A DNA stretch of 64,000 nucleotides from the human T2T-CHM13v2.0 reference genome, Homo sapiens, in NCBI RefSeq assembly GCF_009914755.1, contig NC_060947.1, one strand, 5' to 3'. Below are positions 1 to 14,600 of the stretch, piece by piece. Below the pieces are notes generated by a model. That model saw nothing but the letters and a program-made list of their open reading frames with translations. It was not told the origin of the DNA and ran no database searches. Position numbers and translations under genes: made by a program. The first letter of the stretch is position 1; every line of letters begins with the position of its first letter.

Positions 1-390
1 TTAAAAGAGGTATCTTGGCCTGCAACCAAATGAAATAAGGTTTTTTGATTTGAGTCTGAATTCTCTTTTAAGGTATTTCTAAATGTTCATGAGAATTATC
101 AAGAAGAACTGATGCTGGAGGGTTTGAACTAGAGATGATTTTTACTAAATGTTTTCTAATAAATGCAGTCATAGTCACAGAGCTGTGTTAGGGCATATTT
201 TTGTTAGGGGTTGGGAAATTGAGCCATTTAGCCCTTATCAATTACGCATTTGAATTTTCTTATATTTAAAAACATCTATGCCAATACTTTTTGAGGTATA
301 CCATAATGTTAGTTTTGATGCAGTATTAACGTAGGGGAGATCATTCTCATAAATGATCAAGGTTCCCTCAGAGTTACTGTTCCAAGGTAA

Positions 391-714
<324 letters not shown>

Positions 715-1819
715 TCTAATGTTTAACAAGTACACAATGCACTCGTTTTAACAGCTGTCAATTATTACCAATACATATTTTGCTTTTCTTGAAGGTATAC
801 ACGTACATCTCACCCCTAATGATTCTCTAATTGTTAGAATGTAGTCATGAAGTCATTTCAATACAGATGAATATATGTCAGTGATCAGACAACGACTCCA
901 CAGAGAATCTATTTACGTTCTTGATTATCTTGTAAATTATATTTCTCTGGTAGCTCCCTAAGGAACATTAATTCAAATTCAATACACATGGCTTCTGTCA
1001 CTACAATTTCTTCCTGTAGCCAGTCATCCTAAAAAAAGTCTTCCATCCAGTATTTCTTATTCTCTATAGAGCTAAGAATCCCCCCATTCTACAAATATGT
1101 AGATATATCTGATTAATTTTATGTCATAAAGAATATAAACTCTGTTGTCTACATACAAATTTACACTCAAAAAAACTTCCCAACCAACTAATGGACATAA
1201 GAGATTAATCAAATTGGCAAGGCTTGTTCCCTTAACTCAACCTGCTGAAAACATGAAAGCAGCTGGCCCTTTTAGCAATGATTTATGAGTGCCTCTCTAG
1301 CAATCGTAACTATTATGTATGATAAAGAACATTACAACAATCTCTGTGTAATTTAAACTAATTTACAAAGGTCAAATGATTTCAGTGTAAGTCATCTACT
1401 CTTTAAATGGAGCTTCCCTACTACGTGTAGTTATATAGTTGTATAATGATATTTATGAAATAAAGAAATGAAGGTCACTTTCCAGTGATCAATGTTTTCT
1501 TAACAGTATCATACATTTAACTGTATACCAAAGCATGAGCACACACAGGGATTATTTTGTAAAGTAGAACAACTACAAAGATTGCCATCTAAAAGGAATA
1601 GATCCAAAGAAATCTGGCTTTACCCTCATATAATATTAAAAGCAGCTAAATCATATCCACCAATCTAAATTCAGGCAAATGTAGTAAATCATACAGAACT
1701 ATTACAGCAGCTATAAATGTAGCCAATCAGCAGTTTTTTTTTAAATGAAAGACAAATTCTGCAAGCAAGATGAACTTTAAAAACTGGAAATTGCATTGAG
1801 CCCTTGAAATTACAATAAA

Positions 1820-2124
<305 letters not shown>

Positions 2125-3920
2125 GTGACAATAAAATTTTACAGTACAGCTTTAGACATCTTTATCAAACACAAATTCAAAAATACCCCTAAACTAGGTG
2201 GAAAAAGACATTAATAAGGATAAGCTCACAGGGTGAGAAGTAAGACTATGCATATTTTAGGTCAGCCTTAAGCAAAACAGTAAAAATGGCAGGACCCCTC
2301 CAGGCTCTTGTTTCTAATCATTTCTTAGCACTGTCCCCCTTTAAAACATTCAGAGCCTTACTTCCAAGCCCTTTCCTACTGAAATTTGCTCAGTATAAAG
2401 GTTTTATATAAGACATTTACATTTTACTGGGATTTTATAATAAAGTTGTCATTTCTTCTAGTGATATCTGCATTTTAAAACAGATGTCAAAGAACGTAAA
2501 GGAAAAAAATAAAAGCTTTGCCCCATCAGGGGAAAGGTTGAACAATGCCACTTTTTGACACGCTGCCTTTGTGGTGCCTTTCACCATCCATGGCTGAGGA
2601 GAGAATTAGAACAAGGCTTGAGAGATGGTCTTGGATTCAGAAGATCTTGATTTATGACTTACTTGCCTCTGCTGCTTGCTGAGGCTGGGCAACTGACTTA
2701 AGCACTAATTCAGTTATGAGGATTATTAAGCCAGTATGGTCGACATTCTATATGTCAAACTTTCTTTGAACCATGCCCAGCCCATACTGTGTTCAATAAA
2801 TGTTGGTTACTATTATTATTGTTATTACTTCTTTCTCTATATATTATTTACTTTTTGGATTTAGAACCTCAGATGTGCTAAAAACTTCCTATAAAAAGAA
2901 AGCACTTAATTATCTGAAATGGAAGCAATCTACTTAGACCTACTGAGCTTGGCAGAACATATGCATATCTAGCGCTTAGAAAGTGACTAATCACTCAGTA
3001 TTTGTCCTGTAGATACCTGAGTTCTAGCCCCTAGCCACATTGTAGCCACCCCCAAATTTTGGAATTATTGTGTATCATCCATCATCTGTGCCTTAGTAAA
3101 GTTTATCACAGCTGAACATCTGGGCAAAATGAAATCACTGAGTTAAGATCACTAGGATGAGATTTCCTTGATTTGACCCAATACGCTAGGTATGTGATGA
3201 AACTGTCAAATTATAATATGTCCATGGATCATTGCTGAAATAAAATATGTGGACCAAGGGTACAGGGTTAATGTATCTAGGTGGAGTCTATTTTCTGGAT
3301 ATGTCATTGACACGTAGATCTGTATCTTGCTCAAGTTCCAAGAGACAGAACATGACAATATTAATTGGCTTCAGTTTCTTAATCTTTAATGACTGAGATG
3401 TTTTTCACAAATTCCTGATCAGATGCTAATTCATTACTGTCTATAGACTAAATGTATTAATCAAAAGTTCAACACAAGAAGAATTCATAAGAAATTTTAA
3501 CCACTTATAACTGGAAATAAGACAGACTAACAAAACCTAAGACAAAAATGGCAGTGGCTGGTCATCATCAGCCAAAAGGAAAAACTAGGATTGGAGAGGT
3601 TTTAGAGGTGAAGAACTCTAGTCCTCAGGAATACTGCCATTGGGAAAAGTGTGTTTCCATTTTCAGACAAATACAGCAAAATATCAAACTTTCATTGTCT
3701 GTGGTCAGCAAAAAGCCGTAACAGTCTCTAGAAGAATCATAATTTTAAGCTTTGTGTGTCCCGGCTTCAATCCCTCATGCGTAGTTAGACTTAGTCTTAA
3801 GTTCTCCCAGTAACTTCAATTTGATGGCCTATTTTTCACTCCCTGGCATGCACTGCTATATACTCTTGCCATATATGATCCTATGGCCTCCTCTATTACA
3901 ATGACAGAAACTATAGAATC

Positions 3921-4225
3921 TTTTTTTTTTTTTTCTTTTTTTGAGACAGGGCCTTGCTCTGTCACCCAGGCTGGAGTGCAGTGGTGTAATCATAGCTCAC
4001 TGTAACCTTGAATTCCTGGGCTCAAGTGATCCTCCAGCCCCAGCCTCTTGAGTAGTTGGGACTACAGGCATGAGCCACCATGCCTGGCTAATTAAAAAAA
4101 AAAATTGTAGAGACGGTATCTCCCCATGTTGCCCAGGCTGGTCTCAAATTCTTGGTCTCAAGTGATCCTCCCACCTCAGCCTGCCAAAGTGTTGGGTTTA
4201 CAGGTGTGAGCCACCATGCCCAGCC
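3921..4225 (-). mobile_element. Alu (AluJ-like)
   Basis: T tract followed by reverse Alu body. Confidence 0.95.
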
Positions 4226-4254
4226 CAGAATAACTTCTTTAAAATAATTACCGG

Positions 4255-4802
4255 TACTTGTACATGAATGTTCATAGCTGCATTATCCATAACAGACAAT
4301 AAGTAGAAATAGCCCAAATGTCCATCAAGTAATGAATAGATTAAAAAATGTGGTATATCCATACAATGAAATGTTACTCAGCATTAAAGAAAGAATGAAA
4401 TACTAATACGGGCTATAATATAGATACCATTTTAAAAGATTACGCTATGTGAAAGAAGCCAGTCACAAAAGACTTTATATTGTATTATTTCATTTACATT
4501 AACAGTCCAGAATAAGCAAATCCATAGAGACAGAAAGTAGATCAGGGATTGTCTACTGCTAGGGCTGAAAAGAGTAGTTGCAGGAGAAACGAGGAGTGAC
4601 TTGAAAATGGGGATGGGATTTCTTTTGGGGGGTGATAAAAATGTTCTAATATTGTGCGCTGATGGTTGCACAACTCTGTAATTAATAACCAGTGATTACT
4701 AATACTGGTTAACCTATTAACTAATAATCAGTGACTAATACACTGTAAATGGGTAACTCCTATGGTACGAGAATTATATCTCAATAAAGGTCTTATAAAA
4801 AA
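4255..4802 (+). mobile_element. Old L1 3' end (L1MB-like)
   Basis: atgttcatagctgcatta...aaatgtccatca...gaattatatctcaataaa, typical L1M ORF2 end and 3'UTR. Confidence 0.85.
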
Positions 4803-5216
4803 CTAAGTTCTAGATTCAAAATTTTATTTCTTATAGCACAAAAGATATTACCCCAGTGAAAACAATAAAATCTTATAATGCTTTCTCCTACTATGGAAAA
4901 ATCAAGGTTTAACCCATGTACATAAAAGAAAAATGGTATGCACATGTCTTCAGAATTATCCGTGTGGACATTAAATATTTTCAGATGATGAGTTTTAAAA
5001 AGAGTCCAAAAATAAGCCCAGAAAATGCTTAAGTCTGGGTTAGCCTAAACAACTTGGATGGTTTCAGTCTAATGGAAAATGACATCACAAACTAAACAGG
5101 TATATTAAGGGATTTTGGGAAAGAAAATAATGTAAGAAATGAGAAAAACAAGGGAGATACCTGAAAATCAACCCCAAAAACCCATCAAGTAACAGAAAAA
5201 CTCCAAAGGATATTTA

Positions 5217-5315
5217 CCCATTCATTTTTATGACACATTTATGTACCCAGTGCTGTGGAGATAAAGATATATGTAGGACACTGTCCCTTACCCTTGAAGA
5301 GCTCACATTCTAGAG
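5217..5315 (-). mobile_element. L2 fragment
   Basis: cagtgctgtggagata...cccttgaagagctcacattctag, reverse L2 3' motif. Confidence 0.55.
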
Positions 5316-7049
5316 TGTGGGATATTGTTTACTTCCACCATGGTAACAAACCTTACTCGAAGGCAAAAAGACTGGGAATCATGCTCACTGCTAAAGCTAA
5401 AAATACAGATTTTTATCTTTGAAATTATCGCCTTGATTTACTAGGAAATTACAGGAAAAGAATCATATGGATTTACTTATGACTTGTAGTTACAACAGAC
5501 AGACTAGCACCATAAGGTAACTCAGAATTTGGAGACACAAGAAAAGGTCATATTTTAACTATTAAGATAGTAAAAAAATAAAATGGGTGAGTTTAGCCAT
5601 CTGCAGAAGCCATCCATGTACATATGTAATACCAACAGGAAACCATTTCTAACTGGGCTGCTCATGCCCAATTACAATCAAGTACATCAGGAGGTCCTTG
5701 GTCTTCTTCTTACACAAACTCTCTTCCTAGGAGGTCTCTGTCCTCTCCCCAGGCTTCCATCTCCGCCACAACCATGACCCCTTCCCGCAACTCATTACTC
5801 CTTAATCAAGACTTCTCTTCTAAGGCTTCAGACCTATCTCTCCAACATTCTCCTGGATGGCTCCATTAGCCATGGGCTCTAGAAGCTGAAACTTGCTAAG
5901 CACCAAGCCACACGAGGTTGATATACTGATTATGCAAGCTCTAAAATTTCAGTGCCAGGAAAGGAACAGCCTTCCTCAAGTAGCATTACACAGGACCATA
6001 TAGTAGCTACACATCTTTGTAACTTATACCTTAATCTTACTTTGAGATGAAAGCTATACCTGCATTTCTGTCATAAGATAAAGAGGGAGAAATATCTTCC
6101 CATGTGTTGATGATACACTTTAAAATCACAATCCAGGAGAGGCCTCAAGCAACAACTGGCCTTTGCATCTAACTACTTACAAAGAAAGATTCCACAGTAA
6201 TTGTGATGAAGCTAAAGGTGCTGTCTTTGGTAAACATCTTTCAAAGTTCAATCATTTCACAAGAAAGAACTCCCGATAGCAAGTTAATTGCATCAAGTCA
6301 CTGGTGGCAATTTTTCTTGGTGGTTTGGGTGAAAAGCCAAGTTATTCGGTGGGATATTCTACAAAAATGGTGCAAAGAATTTTCTATGATCATGAGAGTT
6401 AATTTAATACCTATCTTTAGATTTTTCAGACTAAATCATTCTGGCTTCTGGGTCTACAGGGTAACTGCTTCACCACTAGAGCATATGAAAAGTTACTTTT
6501 GTGAGAAAAATCCAGGCTTCCTACGTGGGCACCTGTTATAGCTTTATCTTCTGATGTTCCCAGAGACACAACGGATAGGCTTCTCAACAACTACAGTAGA
6601 GAGTCAACTATGCTATCTCCTAGACTGGTTTTCAAAGTTTACTTCAGACTTGAATTTCTTTACCAAAGTGTGTTCCATATAACATTGCAGTTGGGCTCGA
6701 GGTCAAGTAAGTGGGAGCAACATGAGGTTAGACAAAGCTAATCAGGTTTCTTCACTTCCAAACTCCTCAGTGCAAATGCTAACGTAATGATGACTTTCCA
6801 GTATGAGTGCTTTCAAAGTTTTACTGTCCTTGGAATCCTTTTTTTCTCAGAGTATCTCAGTGGTATTCTGCAGAATACATTTTAGGCAACAGTGACCTTT
6901 ATCCTTGGAGAACTGTCACCCTATCTTTGGTGTTTTAATGTTAAGCTTTCCACAATTATCAAAGGCCATGAGAAACAGCCACATATAATTTCCCTTGGGA
7001 TTTGTTATAAAAATGTTGATAAGGACACTAGCCAATAATCACTTCAAGT

Positions 7050-7280
7050 GTAACGCTGCTTAAGAGTTCAGGACCACCACCCAAGTTTGAATACAGGTCC
7101 TATTACTTGCTGGCCATATGAAGTGTCCTTAATACTCTGTGCCACGTAATCCTCTGGAAACAGCCTCTCTTTCATAGGGTTGTTTTAAGGATTAAATAGG
7201 AGTTCATATGTACTCAGAACAGTTCCTGTCCATAGCAATCACTCAAAGGACAGCTATTTTTGTTATTATTATTATTACGT
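7050..7280 (+). mobile_element. MIR fragment
   Basis: gggttgttttaaggattaaat...cagaacagttcctg MIR core and 3' motifs. Confidence 0.6.
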
Positions 7281-7899
7281 AGAGCCAGGAAAACAATGAT
7301 GTTTCTTTAGGATGCTGCGTGCTTCTTTAATTCAATATTAAGAGACAGACAAATCTTTGTTTCCTATTATCTCCCTGGCTACAGGGAAGCTCAAACTGAA
7401 TCTGAAGCTTAGTCAAATCAACTATGCTAATCCCTATGATGTTCATTGATCTATTATTTATATTGCAGGAATTGTATTGCTATGACTTTTTAAAGAATCC
7501 TTTCTGAAAACTGAATACGTAAAATCAACATAGGAAATTTCCACTTGAAATGTCCTTGGGCAAATAGAATTCAGTATGTCTGATACGTAGCTCTTTCTCT
7601 CCATGCACTAACCCTTTGCAAATCAGGAGTTTTTCCTGGGTGCACTAGGTTGCTTTTGTTTGTTTTTCAATGATCATTTCCCAGTTCCCAAATTAAAACT
7701 TTCCGTAACACCAGATGCCTCCCCCTCTCCATTTTCCCTTGGTCTCATTCATTCAGTGACCTTCTAATTTCTCCATCCCCTTCTTCACTTGCCTAAGACA
7801 TCCTTAGTTAAGAACCTGGCATCTTTTAATGGACTATTCCACTGTGCTTCTACCAATCTTCATGGCTTTAGCTTTCTGCCAGGTCAGTTATTTTTCTCA

Positions 7900-8355
7900 A
7901 TCCTCCCCCCCGTCAAAAAGCCATCACTGTTCACCTGCTTATAGGATAAAACCCAAACTCCTTAGTATGATGCACAAAGTCCTTTAAACAGTAGTCCCCA
8001 CCTACCATCCCACTGCCCTCTTATTCTCCTCATTCCAAGCCACACATTACTCACTGGTCCACCAGTCTGGAAAACTCATCCTTCCCCCATCTCTCAGACT
8101 GGAAAACTCCCATTCAGTCTTCAACTCTTAAACTCTCTTTGTAAAGGCCTCTCTACTCCCTCTGATAGAATAAATCATTCACCTCTGTGCCCCCAGAGCA
8201 CTTGTAACAGCAGGATATAAGTAGTTGTTTCTATTTTAACTTTTTTAAAATAAATTTTGAGCTCCATGAGGGTAAGAACCAAGGCTTATTCATCTTTGTA
8301 GTCTCATAATTTTAAAATTACATTAAGCACTCAGTAACTATCTGCAGAATTGAAC
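7900..8355 (+). mobile_element. L2 3' fragment
   Basis: ggataaaacccaaactcctt...gagctccatgagggtaag...gcactcagtaac. Confidence 0.65.
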
Positions 8356-8474
8356 AGAATTACATCCTCAGGCCTGGAAAGTAGCTAAAGAAACTCATGA
8401 CCATAATCAATTCTACTGTAGAGGGACAATTGGCAAATGAAGGCCAACAGGAGGATGAGGGTCTTCATGAAAAA

Positions 8475-8477
<3 letters not shown>

Positions 8478-8505
<28 letters not shown>
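8478..8505 (+). repeat. A28 homopolymer
   Basis: 28 consecutive A, with no recognisable retroelement body upstream. Confidence 0.95.
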
Positions 8506-8508
<3 letters not shown>

Positions 8509-9260
8509 AAATTGGATTGTAAGAACATAAACTCTTATCCAGCATGTTCTAGGGAGATGGCAGCTGTACTTGTAAGATGTGAATATTCTAATCGCCAGAG
8601 GGGTGCTTCAATTTTTTTGTAGTATGAAGCAGTCCTCACAAACATCCAATTTTAGATGCCAAGATTCTAGGCTCACCAGAACACAATTTGATTTTTATTG
8701 TGATTCCTAAGACACTGGATTCTAAGACACAGGATGCTGTGTGCCGAAAAAATGAATATATTCCTCATTTTAATAGATCTAGTATTTGCACTTAAACCAG
8801 ATGCTGTCTCCTCCTAAAAAAGCTTTAAGGCAACCTTGATAACATTTTAATACAAGGCAGTTAAAAAGAGAGATAATTAGGATAAAGGGAGAAATAAACT
8901 TTCATTCTGGGTTATCCATTCACTGCCATGAACTGCATACTATGAATCAGTCCCCTCAGACTTCAATTAACTTTGGATAAACTGAAGGAAATTTAGTTAC
9001 ACTGGCCCTGCTAGTTAGAAACTGAGTCTGTGAATAATGGTGATTCCACTTCTACCATGTTCCTGTCCTCCCTGCCTGAGTAGAGCTGAGATGGTTGACC
9101 CCATTCTTACACAGCTTCTTAAATGTGGCATGTATGCCCTTCAGCTCTTATTCATCCTTGCCATAAAAGGTCTTGGCTTTCTGATTTCTGTGATCAAACT
9201 AGCTCCCTTTGTCTCAAGAAGGGCTCTGTAGCCCTTTGTTTTGGGGCCCATGTCACCAAA

Positions 9261-9597
9261 TGATATAGTTTGGCTGGATCTCCACCCAAATCTGATCTTG
9301 AATTATAGCTCTCATAATCCGCACATATCATGGGAGGAACCCAGTGGGAGGTAACTGAATCATGGGGGTGGGGTTTTCCCATGCTGTTTTTGTGATAGTA
9401 ACTCTCATGAGATCTGATGGTTTTAAAAAGGGCAGTTCTCCTGCACATGCTCTCTTGCCTGCCACCGTGTAAGACATGCCTTTCCTCCTCCTTCACCTTC
9501 TGCCATGATTGTGAGGCCTTCCCAGCCACACAGAACTGTGAGTCCATTAAACCTCTTTTTCTTTGTAAATTGCCCCGTATGAAAATGGACTAATACA
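9261..9597 (+). mobile_element. THE1 (ERVL-MaLR) solo LTR
   Basis: TGATATAGTTTGGCTG...GGACTAATACA termini; near 5-bp TSD ccaaa/ccaag. Confidence 0.93.
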
Positions 9598-9949
9598 CCA
9601 AGTAACTTGAATGCCTAGTTTCGTTAAATGTATCATATACCACGCTTTCCTCTCCACTCCAACTTTAAAAACATGTGGGAACAGCCGTAGGAATCAGTCT
9701 TGAATTATTTCCAGTGATGTCTACTGGACATTTTAACATTCATTCCATTATGCTTCTTTCCTCCCTTCCTTACCCTAAATTCCTTACCTACCACTTTGTC
9801 TTCAGAGGCAGTCCTTCCTCTCATTCAAGGTCACGCCTCCTCCCATACTTTAGTTCCCTAACCCTTCTCTCTCCTGCCTCCTGTGGGAAAATGCTCCCAT
9901 CATTCCCAAGCTCTGCCCTCCTCTTCTTCTGGCACATTTCTCCAGCATG

Positions 9950-10250
9950 TGAAAATTAGAGATTTTTAAGTAAAAAGAGAAAACCAGAGTGAACACTGCA
10001 CGACACTGTGTGAAGTAACCCCAACAACCATAAATATGTTTGCAAATATTTGCATATGTAGAGAGCATGTTTGGAAGGAAACACAAGAAACCAAGAAAGA
10101 TGGCAGCCTCCAGAGCTGGAAACACCACAGCCAGGGGAGAAGGTTGGAGAAGGATTCACTTTTCTCTATATGTCTTTTTGAACCCTTTGGATTTTGTATA
10201 ATAATATACATGTATTCTCTACTAAAAATAAAAGTAATTAAATACACACT
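9950..10250 (+). mobile_element. Old L1ME-like 3' fragment
   Basis: tggaaggaaacacaagaaac...ttcacttttctctatat...ttggattttg resembles L1ME 3'UTR. Confidence 0.45.
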
Positions 10251-10269
10251 TTAATGTTCACATCTTCCG

Positions 10270-11150
10270 GAGTTCTACCAAATCCAGTGTTCTCCTTCTG
10301 CTACATGCTCCCGGGATATATAAATTCATTCTCACGGTTTCAACTACCACCTGTGAGCTGGCGACTCACAGTCCTAATATCTCAGGCTTATATCCTTTCT
10401 ACAAGCATCAGAGTTCTATCTCTCAGACTGTCAGACATTTACACATGGAGATGTCACCAGGACCTCAACTCGACCTCTTCCATACCTCATTTATCACCTT
10501 CCAGCTACTCAGCCCTTCAGGAAGGACCTCTAATAAACACTGCTGCATTAAAGGATGGACCTGCTGCAACTCCTCCTGAATTATCAGTCCCAGCTGCAAA
10601 TAACTACTATCATCTTGTTTTGTAGTTACCAGCCCTGGGAATCATTCCTTCATACCCTAGTCCCACAGAACTACCGAATCAAACAGCTCTATCCTCCCCC
10701 GAAATATCACTCAGATCAGCCTGTCTACTTCATTTCTATCACCTTACTTAAGGCTCTAATCATCTCTTTCCTGGGCTCCCATGTGACTCCCCCCAGCTTG
10801 ATTTCCTCGTTCCAGCATCGCTCTTTTCAAAGTTACCCTCCGCACAGCTGCCTGTGTGGCGTATATTCATGTCAATATCATGGCCTGACTCCTGGATCAC
10901 ACCCTTGAGTTGCTCCCTAGACTAGGCACGGAGGCAGCAACTCTGCAGTGGGTACCACACCCTTCCCGACCTGCCCTTGCTGACCTGGTCAGCCTCATCT
11001 CCTCTCATTCTTTGCCTTCTTAAAAAAGGTAATACAACTGCAGTTTCCCTCAAACAAACTCTGCCATTCCTCACCCTGACACCTTTGTTTATATTCCATA
11101 GGAATGCCCATTCCTAACCTCTTCAGATTCCCTTCATTTTGGCCATCTTT
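10270..11150 (+). mobile_element. Degenerate L2
   Basis: C/T-rich L2 ORF2-like tract (cattctcacggtttcaactaccacc...gacatttacacatggagatgtc). Confidence 0.55.
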
Positions 11151-13299
11151 TCACCATCATTGGAGACTTGCACAAAGACCTAATGAAAGAACATTGAATA
11201 AAGATTTCCCGTAGCTATGAAGATTGATAGCTACTAGACTAGGTCCAAAGTCATCAAGTCAATTACAAAGTAAAGCAACGGGATCATGATTTCCAGCTAC
11301 TTTAATTCAGTGGTATCAGTAACTGATCTAGAACTTCTTTGACTGTAACAATAATAATCTTGCACAATCACTGGAGGAATTTAAAGGAAAAAGAGAAAAC
11401 TCAAATTTTGGCTTCATAAGGTCTTACTGCCCAACAAGACATATGAAAGGTCCTGAGTAGGTATTAAGAATCTACAGAGTTCCCTCGTGTTATATAACAT
11501 CTACTAACAACTTTAACTTTAGACTTTATGGTGAATTAGGTTAATATTTAGCCACCTTGTTGACTTGAGAACAATCTAATCAATTTGCTCTGCAGGTAGT
11601 AGAATGACAATGTCTTTGTCTCTCAGAAAGGCTACCTTTTCATTGCTAGGATCATACCTTGAATTTCAGAGCAAGTCTTGGTTTATTTAGACAGTGCAGA
11701 GACAAATACATCTCTGTATTTGAACACTATAGGCTTAAGTCAGGAGACTGAAGGCTTTAATCAACGCAAGAAAAAAAAGTAAACCTTGAGTCTGCAATGC
11801 TAAGGACACACAATGGGGCAAAAACCCAAGATCCAGTGGCTCTTTGCCAAATAAAGATGTATCTGAATTATATGTGGTAATGAGGGAGAAATATGATGCA
11901 GAAGCGAAATATTAAAGATTAGATATCTCACTAACACCATTAGTCATCCAAACTTATGGGAGGCACTATGGGAAAAACTCAGTCAGATTTAGCTTTTACT
12001 CAGAGCTTTAGCCTTATCTCTGTGGCATCAACCAAGAATCAGAGAACACCAATGTGGGATACATACAGTGCCTGTGATTTGGAAAACGGGTTCTTAACAT
12101 TCTAAATTTATGACAAAGCCATGCCTGGTGCTAATCAAGGCAGTTTGAAAAAGGGGAGAATTTTGAAAAGCAAGCAGAAAACAAAGCCTTTGAAAGGCTT
12201 TTCTCTACGAAATTAGGTTTGTAAAAGAACTTTAGTCAAAAGTGCATGCATGTATGCTACAATTAAAATAAATTCAGCTTCAATTCATTTATTCATTAAT
12301 GCATTCAACAAATATTTATTGAATACTATGTGCAACAACCAGGAGAAATGGAATTCTAAAGGCAGAGATAAGATACCTCTGAGACACTTCTCAAACAGCC
12401 ATCCTCTGTTTTTCTAGGGGGTTGTAGGGAGGTGTCATGAATAAGAACAATTAATGGAATTTAATAAATATCTAGTCAGGAATGGGGCTCTCCAGGCCTC
12501 TCTCTTTTGCTGTTATTTGGAGATAAATCACAGCTAAAGGAACATAAAATATATATATTAACAGATCAATAACTACACATCCAAAGGACTTGGGGCAATC
12601 TCAATTTTAAATATACTTTCTTATTTTCTCTAAAAGTATGCTCGTATTTGTCAGATTGCGTAGCCCAATGCTGACTTAGGACATAGCCAGCTAGACATGC
12701 ACAGAGAGGGCATCTAAAGAATTCCTGGGTTTTCTCAACAGGAAATGGCAAATTAAAGGCTCCTTAAGCAACACTGAATTCAAGGGTAGCGAAGGCAAAT
12801 CTAGGGCTCTGAAGCTCCTTGCGCAGAACTGCAAGAAGACAGGACAGGGCAGATCAAAGAAAACACACGGGCTGTTTTCAGGAAGGGAACTCTGTGGAGA
12901 CATTTCTTTGGAATTTGGTAGAAGGTCAAATAGGACAAAATGAAGGGACAATGAAGGAAGCTCATCCTGATCATTTCGTGAAGGTCAAGGTAACTTACAC
13001 AAAGATTTGCATCAACCCCAGAGTCCTCATTTTGGAGCTCTAAGTAGGCCTGGTGTTATGTTTTTTGTTCTTTTAGAGAACAAACCATCCCATTCTTGGA
13101 GAATGGTCTTGGATATCTTCCAGGGTAAAGCGGTTATCGCTGTGCCACAAGTAGATGAACAGGTTTATTCCGGGACACTCAGTCCTCATAGATAGTCCCT
13201 CAAGTTAAGGCACATTCTGGGGAATATGCCGCAATTCTATGTAAATGACATTCACAGAGACTTACTCTTCTTTATTATCTGGTTGAAGGCAGAGTTGCC

Positions 13300-13510
13300 T
13301 ATTTAGAGTCAGAAAAATCTGGATTTCAATTCAGTTCTACCACTGGCTGACTGGGAAATCTGGGGCAAGCTGTGTGAACCTCTAAGAACCTGTGTCTCAT
13401 TCACAGAAAGGCGACAGTCTCTTCTCCATAGCGTTTGTAAGAAGATTAAATGATCTAAAATATGTAAAAGTGCACTCAAAATGATAAAATGATAAATAAA
13501 TGATAGTTAT
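13300..13510 (+). mobile_element. MIR fragment
   Basis: agagtcagaaaaatctggatttcaattcagttctaccac...ggggcaag...gattaaatga. Confidence 0.65.
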
Positions 13511-13919
13511 CAGTACTCTTTACAAACATTCTTTGACCCGGGTGCAATGGTACGGAGAAAGACTATGCTAACCACAAACGAGGCAGGGCTCTTGACCAAT
13601 GAGCTCAAAAGATATATTACACGATCATATACTTCAAAAATATATTTACTCCTTGGTAACATCAAATTCTATTTACAGTGTCAGTTCCAACTTTTTATTC
13701 CGATTTGACTTTGACCCCTACAATAATTACAGATTTAACATAAATGGATATTACTGATTATTCTCAATAAAGTAGAAATGTTTTCTCTACCATGGTCTTC
13801 ACTGACAAATGATCTCAAAAGTACGGCCAAAAATAAAGCTATCATTAAAACAACAAAAAAAGTTCAATATTATCTCGTGGATGGTACTCATGTGATGTTC
13901 TTGCTGTATTTTCAGGTTT

Positions 13920-14600
13920 TTAGCAAACATTTCCTGAGTAGCCATTAAATATTCAAACCATGCTAAGTACTCTGGAGGATATGAAGATGATTAAGATACA
14001 GTCCATGCCCCAAAGACACACACTAGCTCATTAAAGAGAGGCACTGGTAATAACTGATAAAAAGGCAAACTGTCAAGGAATTTTCTGAGAAAGGTCCAAA
14101 GTGCTCTGGGAATAGAGGCAAAAGACAGATTTCTTCCAACTGCAGGGATCTAGCAGGGCTCCATGGGGAAAGTTATTTTGAGCAGTGTGATGGAGGATAG
14201 GTGGGATTCCTTTGTCAGATACGGCAGTGGTGGGTTAGAGGTTAGCAGTTAGGCTGAGACTCAAGCTTGAGCTTGACCCCAAAGGTAGATGAGAGCAGGA
14301 TGTATTCAGAAATACTAGCTACAACAGCATAGCCAGAACACAGGGAGAACAAAAGAAGATGGCATAGAAAAAGCAAGTCAAGAGAATATTGTGGAAGGGT
14401 TTGAACGCCCCACTAAGAAGCTTGATTTTTTTCTACATGCAGAAATCCAGTGAAAGGGGAATGCCATGATGGGTCTTGGTTCTGGCAAGATGTACAAGTA
14501 GAGTCAGTATGGAGGATTTATTGCAAGGGTGGGAAAGAGACTAAAGGGAAGCCAACCAGATAAGGAGCTATGGCCATAGGTAAAAGGTGTTAAGAGCTAG
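13920..14600 (-). mobile_element. Degenerate L2
   Basis: caaacatttcctgag...ccatgctaag...cagtccatgccccaaag, reverse L2 3' end. Confidence 0.55.

Noticed and set aside
8546-8610. Two partial CTCF-like motifs (AGATGGCAG; CGCCAGAGGGGG), plus one near 55228
   Set aside because: Each has mismatches at core positions; not supportable without ChIP data
10222-10231. MEF2-like CTAAAAATAA motifs (also ~16799)
   Set aside because: Expected by chance in AT-rich DNA
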